The notes beneath the pieces are model-generated. The model was not told where the DNA came from. It saw only the letters and a program-made list of their open reading frames with translations, and searched no databases. A DNA stretch of 62,000 nucleotides from Felis catus (lineage: Eukaryota), in contig NC_058369.1 of the NCBI RefSeq assembly GCF_018350175.1, positions 62,001 through 124,000 on the forward strand, given 5' to 3'. Positions 60,046-62,000 of this stretch are shown here, piece after piece; within the stretch, counting starts at the first letter, position 1, and every line of letters begins with the position of its first letter. Both the position numbers and the translations under genes were made by a program.

Positions 60046-60071
60046 GTGTGTGTGTGTGTGTGTGTGTGTGT
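60046..60071 (+). repeat. (GT)n microsatellite
   Basis: Directly visible. Confidence 0.95.
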
Positions 60072-60841
60072 TAGGGGTCCTGGTGTGTGTCCACCTAGTC
60101 AGTTAAAGGGGTCTGTGTTCAAGATTGGCATCCCTGGACTGGGAGAAAGGGACAGAGCAGAGGTCATGCGTGTCAGGACCCTTCTGTGTCAAGCCTGAGG
60201 TGCAGCCCCGGGGCCCCCTCCTTGGGGAGACATGGTGGCAGTCTGTCCCTCCCAGGCTCCTGGGTTAGGGTCTTCCTGGGTCAAGGATTTATAAGGCCTG
60301 GGCTTTCACACAGGAGGCTCAGTCACATGACACCACCTCTGTGTGTCCTTCCTGTCACTAGCAAAGAATGGCAGGAACAGAGCCCAATGGCCAGGATTCG
60401 GATCCTGGCATTAGGGGGACACGAGGGCTCACAGTGTGTCCTCAGGCAAGTGTCCCATCTCTCCAAAGCCCCATTTTCTCTCAGTGAACACCAACTGCCG
60501 CCCGATTGCTCTGAAGCTTAGACGATCTTCACCAATATCTGAAACACGGTAGGCACCTACTGATGATGGATATTAGAATATATTAAACTCCTATACATCT
60601 TTCAAAGCCCAGCTTCAATGTCCTCTTTTCCAAGAAGCCTCCCTGACTTCCCCCATTCAAAGCCCGGGTCTGCCTCTGGCCTTACCCAGCCCTGGATCCC
60701 TCCTGTGCTTCCATCCAGGCCCCAGGGGCTTTAGAATTGGGGGTCTGGATCTCAAGGGCACAGTTAAGTCTCTGCTTTGACATGGACAGTGGGTTAAATG
60801 AGCTCACACGTGTGATTCTGACAGCTCTGCTGCCACAGAGC

Positions 60842-60847
60842 TTTATT
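60842..60847 (-). terminator. ODF3L2 polyadenylation signal AATAAA
   Basis: tttatt on the + strand ~490 nt after the stop. Confidence 0.65.
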
Positions 60848-61336
60848 GGCAAGCAGCTAGAGAGAGAGGGATCAGGCCGCTTCCAGCCTGGTTTGGGGGC
60901 TGGGACCAGGGGCAGGCAGCTGGCTGTGCACCCACGAGAAGCAGAGAAGAGCCCAAGTTTAGCCGAAACGTGAACTGTGCCAGGGACCCAGGCCCTAGCA
61001 GGGTGGACACTGAGCTCCAGGACACAGAAAGCTCCGCCGGCCGCTGGGCAGGGCTGCAGTTGTCCCTTTCTCTGCGTGGCCTGACTTAACCTGCTGTGAC
61101 CGGGAGGAAGAAACTGGGGCACTGGAAGGAAGCTCGCCCTGCACGGAGCCACGGGGTCACAGCCCCAGGGACCAAAGGAAGCAGGGGACCTAGAAGGACC
61201 TCAGAGTTCAAAAAAAGGAAGGCAAGATGTGTCTTCTCCACAGCCAGGCCCAGGAGGGGCCTGCCCACACCCCGTGTGACAACACAGGTAAACTGGGTTG
61301 GTCCCGGGGCTGCCGGGAATCCTAACCCCAAAGGTG

Positions 61337-61821
61337 TCAGGGCATGGTGTCCACAACCATGGTGGGAGCGCATTTGGAGTGGCGGATGCCCATGGTGAAC
61401 GCCGGCGCCCGGGCTTTGGTCATGGTGACCTGCTCAGGGCTGTGGGTGCCAGGGCCAGGAGTCTCCTCTGGGGGCCGGGGGGCACGGGGCCGGCCCAACA
61501 TGGTGAAGGCGGGCTGGCGCTGACGGTAGGTGTTGGGGTCGGGGCTCTCGTACTGGCCCGGGCCTGGGATCTCAGCAGGGTCCTGAGGGGGACGGGCGGG
61601 GGGCGTGCGGCCCACCACTGTGTAGCTGGGGCTGCTGGGCTTAATGAATATCTGGGAACCCCAGAGGGAGGGCAGGGTATAGGTGTTAGGAGCAGGGGTG
61701 GAGGTGTCCTGGAGCTGTGGGCGCAGGCGGGAGCCCAGAGTGAAAGCTGGGGGTGTCCGCTGGTGCACAGGGGCCACCTTCTCTGGGCTGTAGGCCCCTG
61801 GGCCTGGTGTCACCTCCAGAC
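61337..61821 (-). CDS. ODF3L2: ODF3L2/CIMAP1D last coding exon (STPGR/PGP-repeat ciliary microtubule-associated protein); upstream exons lie right of the window
   Basis: Acceptor ccattctcacag|GT CTG GAG GTG; repeats TPGPGAY, PAPNTY, PGPGQY, TPGPGTH with PAFT motifs; TGA at 61339-61337; syntenic upstream of SHC2. Confidence 0.92.
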
Positions 61822-62000
61822 CTGTGAGAATGGGGCAGGAGGGTTGATAGGAGTCCTCACCTGCTCAAAGACCTTGCATGGCCTCCCACTGCCCCTACAC
61901 ATCCTGGAGCTCACAGCACTTGTCAGGCAGCCCCAAGGTGTCTCTGCTGCTTCCCAGACCTCCCCCCCCCCCCCCCACGCACACACTACCTGTTGTCTTT

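Overview
This is mammalian genomic DNA, almost certainly felid, judging from 13 SINEC_Fc-type CAN-SINEs and an L1_Fc-type 3' end. It is GC-rich and syntenic with human 19p13.3. Four genes lie head-to-tail on the minus strand: THEG/SPMAP2 (coding exons 1-6; the rest lies left of the window), C2CD4C (complete, one coding exon plus an upstream exon), SHC2 (complete, 12 coding exons giving 581 aa, plus a non-coding last exon) and the last exon of ODF3L2/CIMAP1D. Exon borders were read by hand from GT-AG sites and frame continuity. Gene names come from my recollection of the human proteins, not from a database search. Non-genic content includes a near full-length degenerate U2 snRNA copy, many SINE/L1/MaLR/hAT relics and microsatellites. 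I found no new multi-gene system. The best leads are: an in-frame spliced N-terminal extension of C2CD4C starting MSPCC; five RFX X-boxes across the locus; an in-frame alternative THEG terminal exon with its own AATAAA; ancient L1 copies that look homogenised and GC/CpG-enriched; and a decayed ~39-bp periodic array in SHC2 intron 11. Repeat subfamily names and repeat boundaries are approximate.
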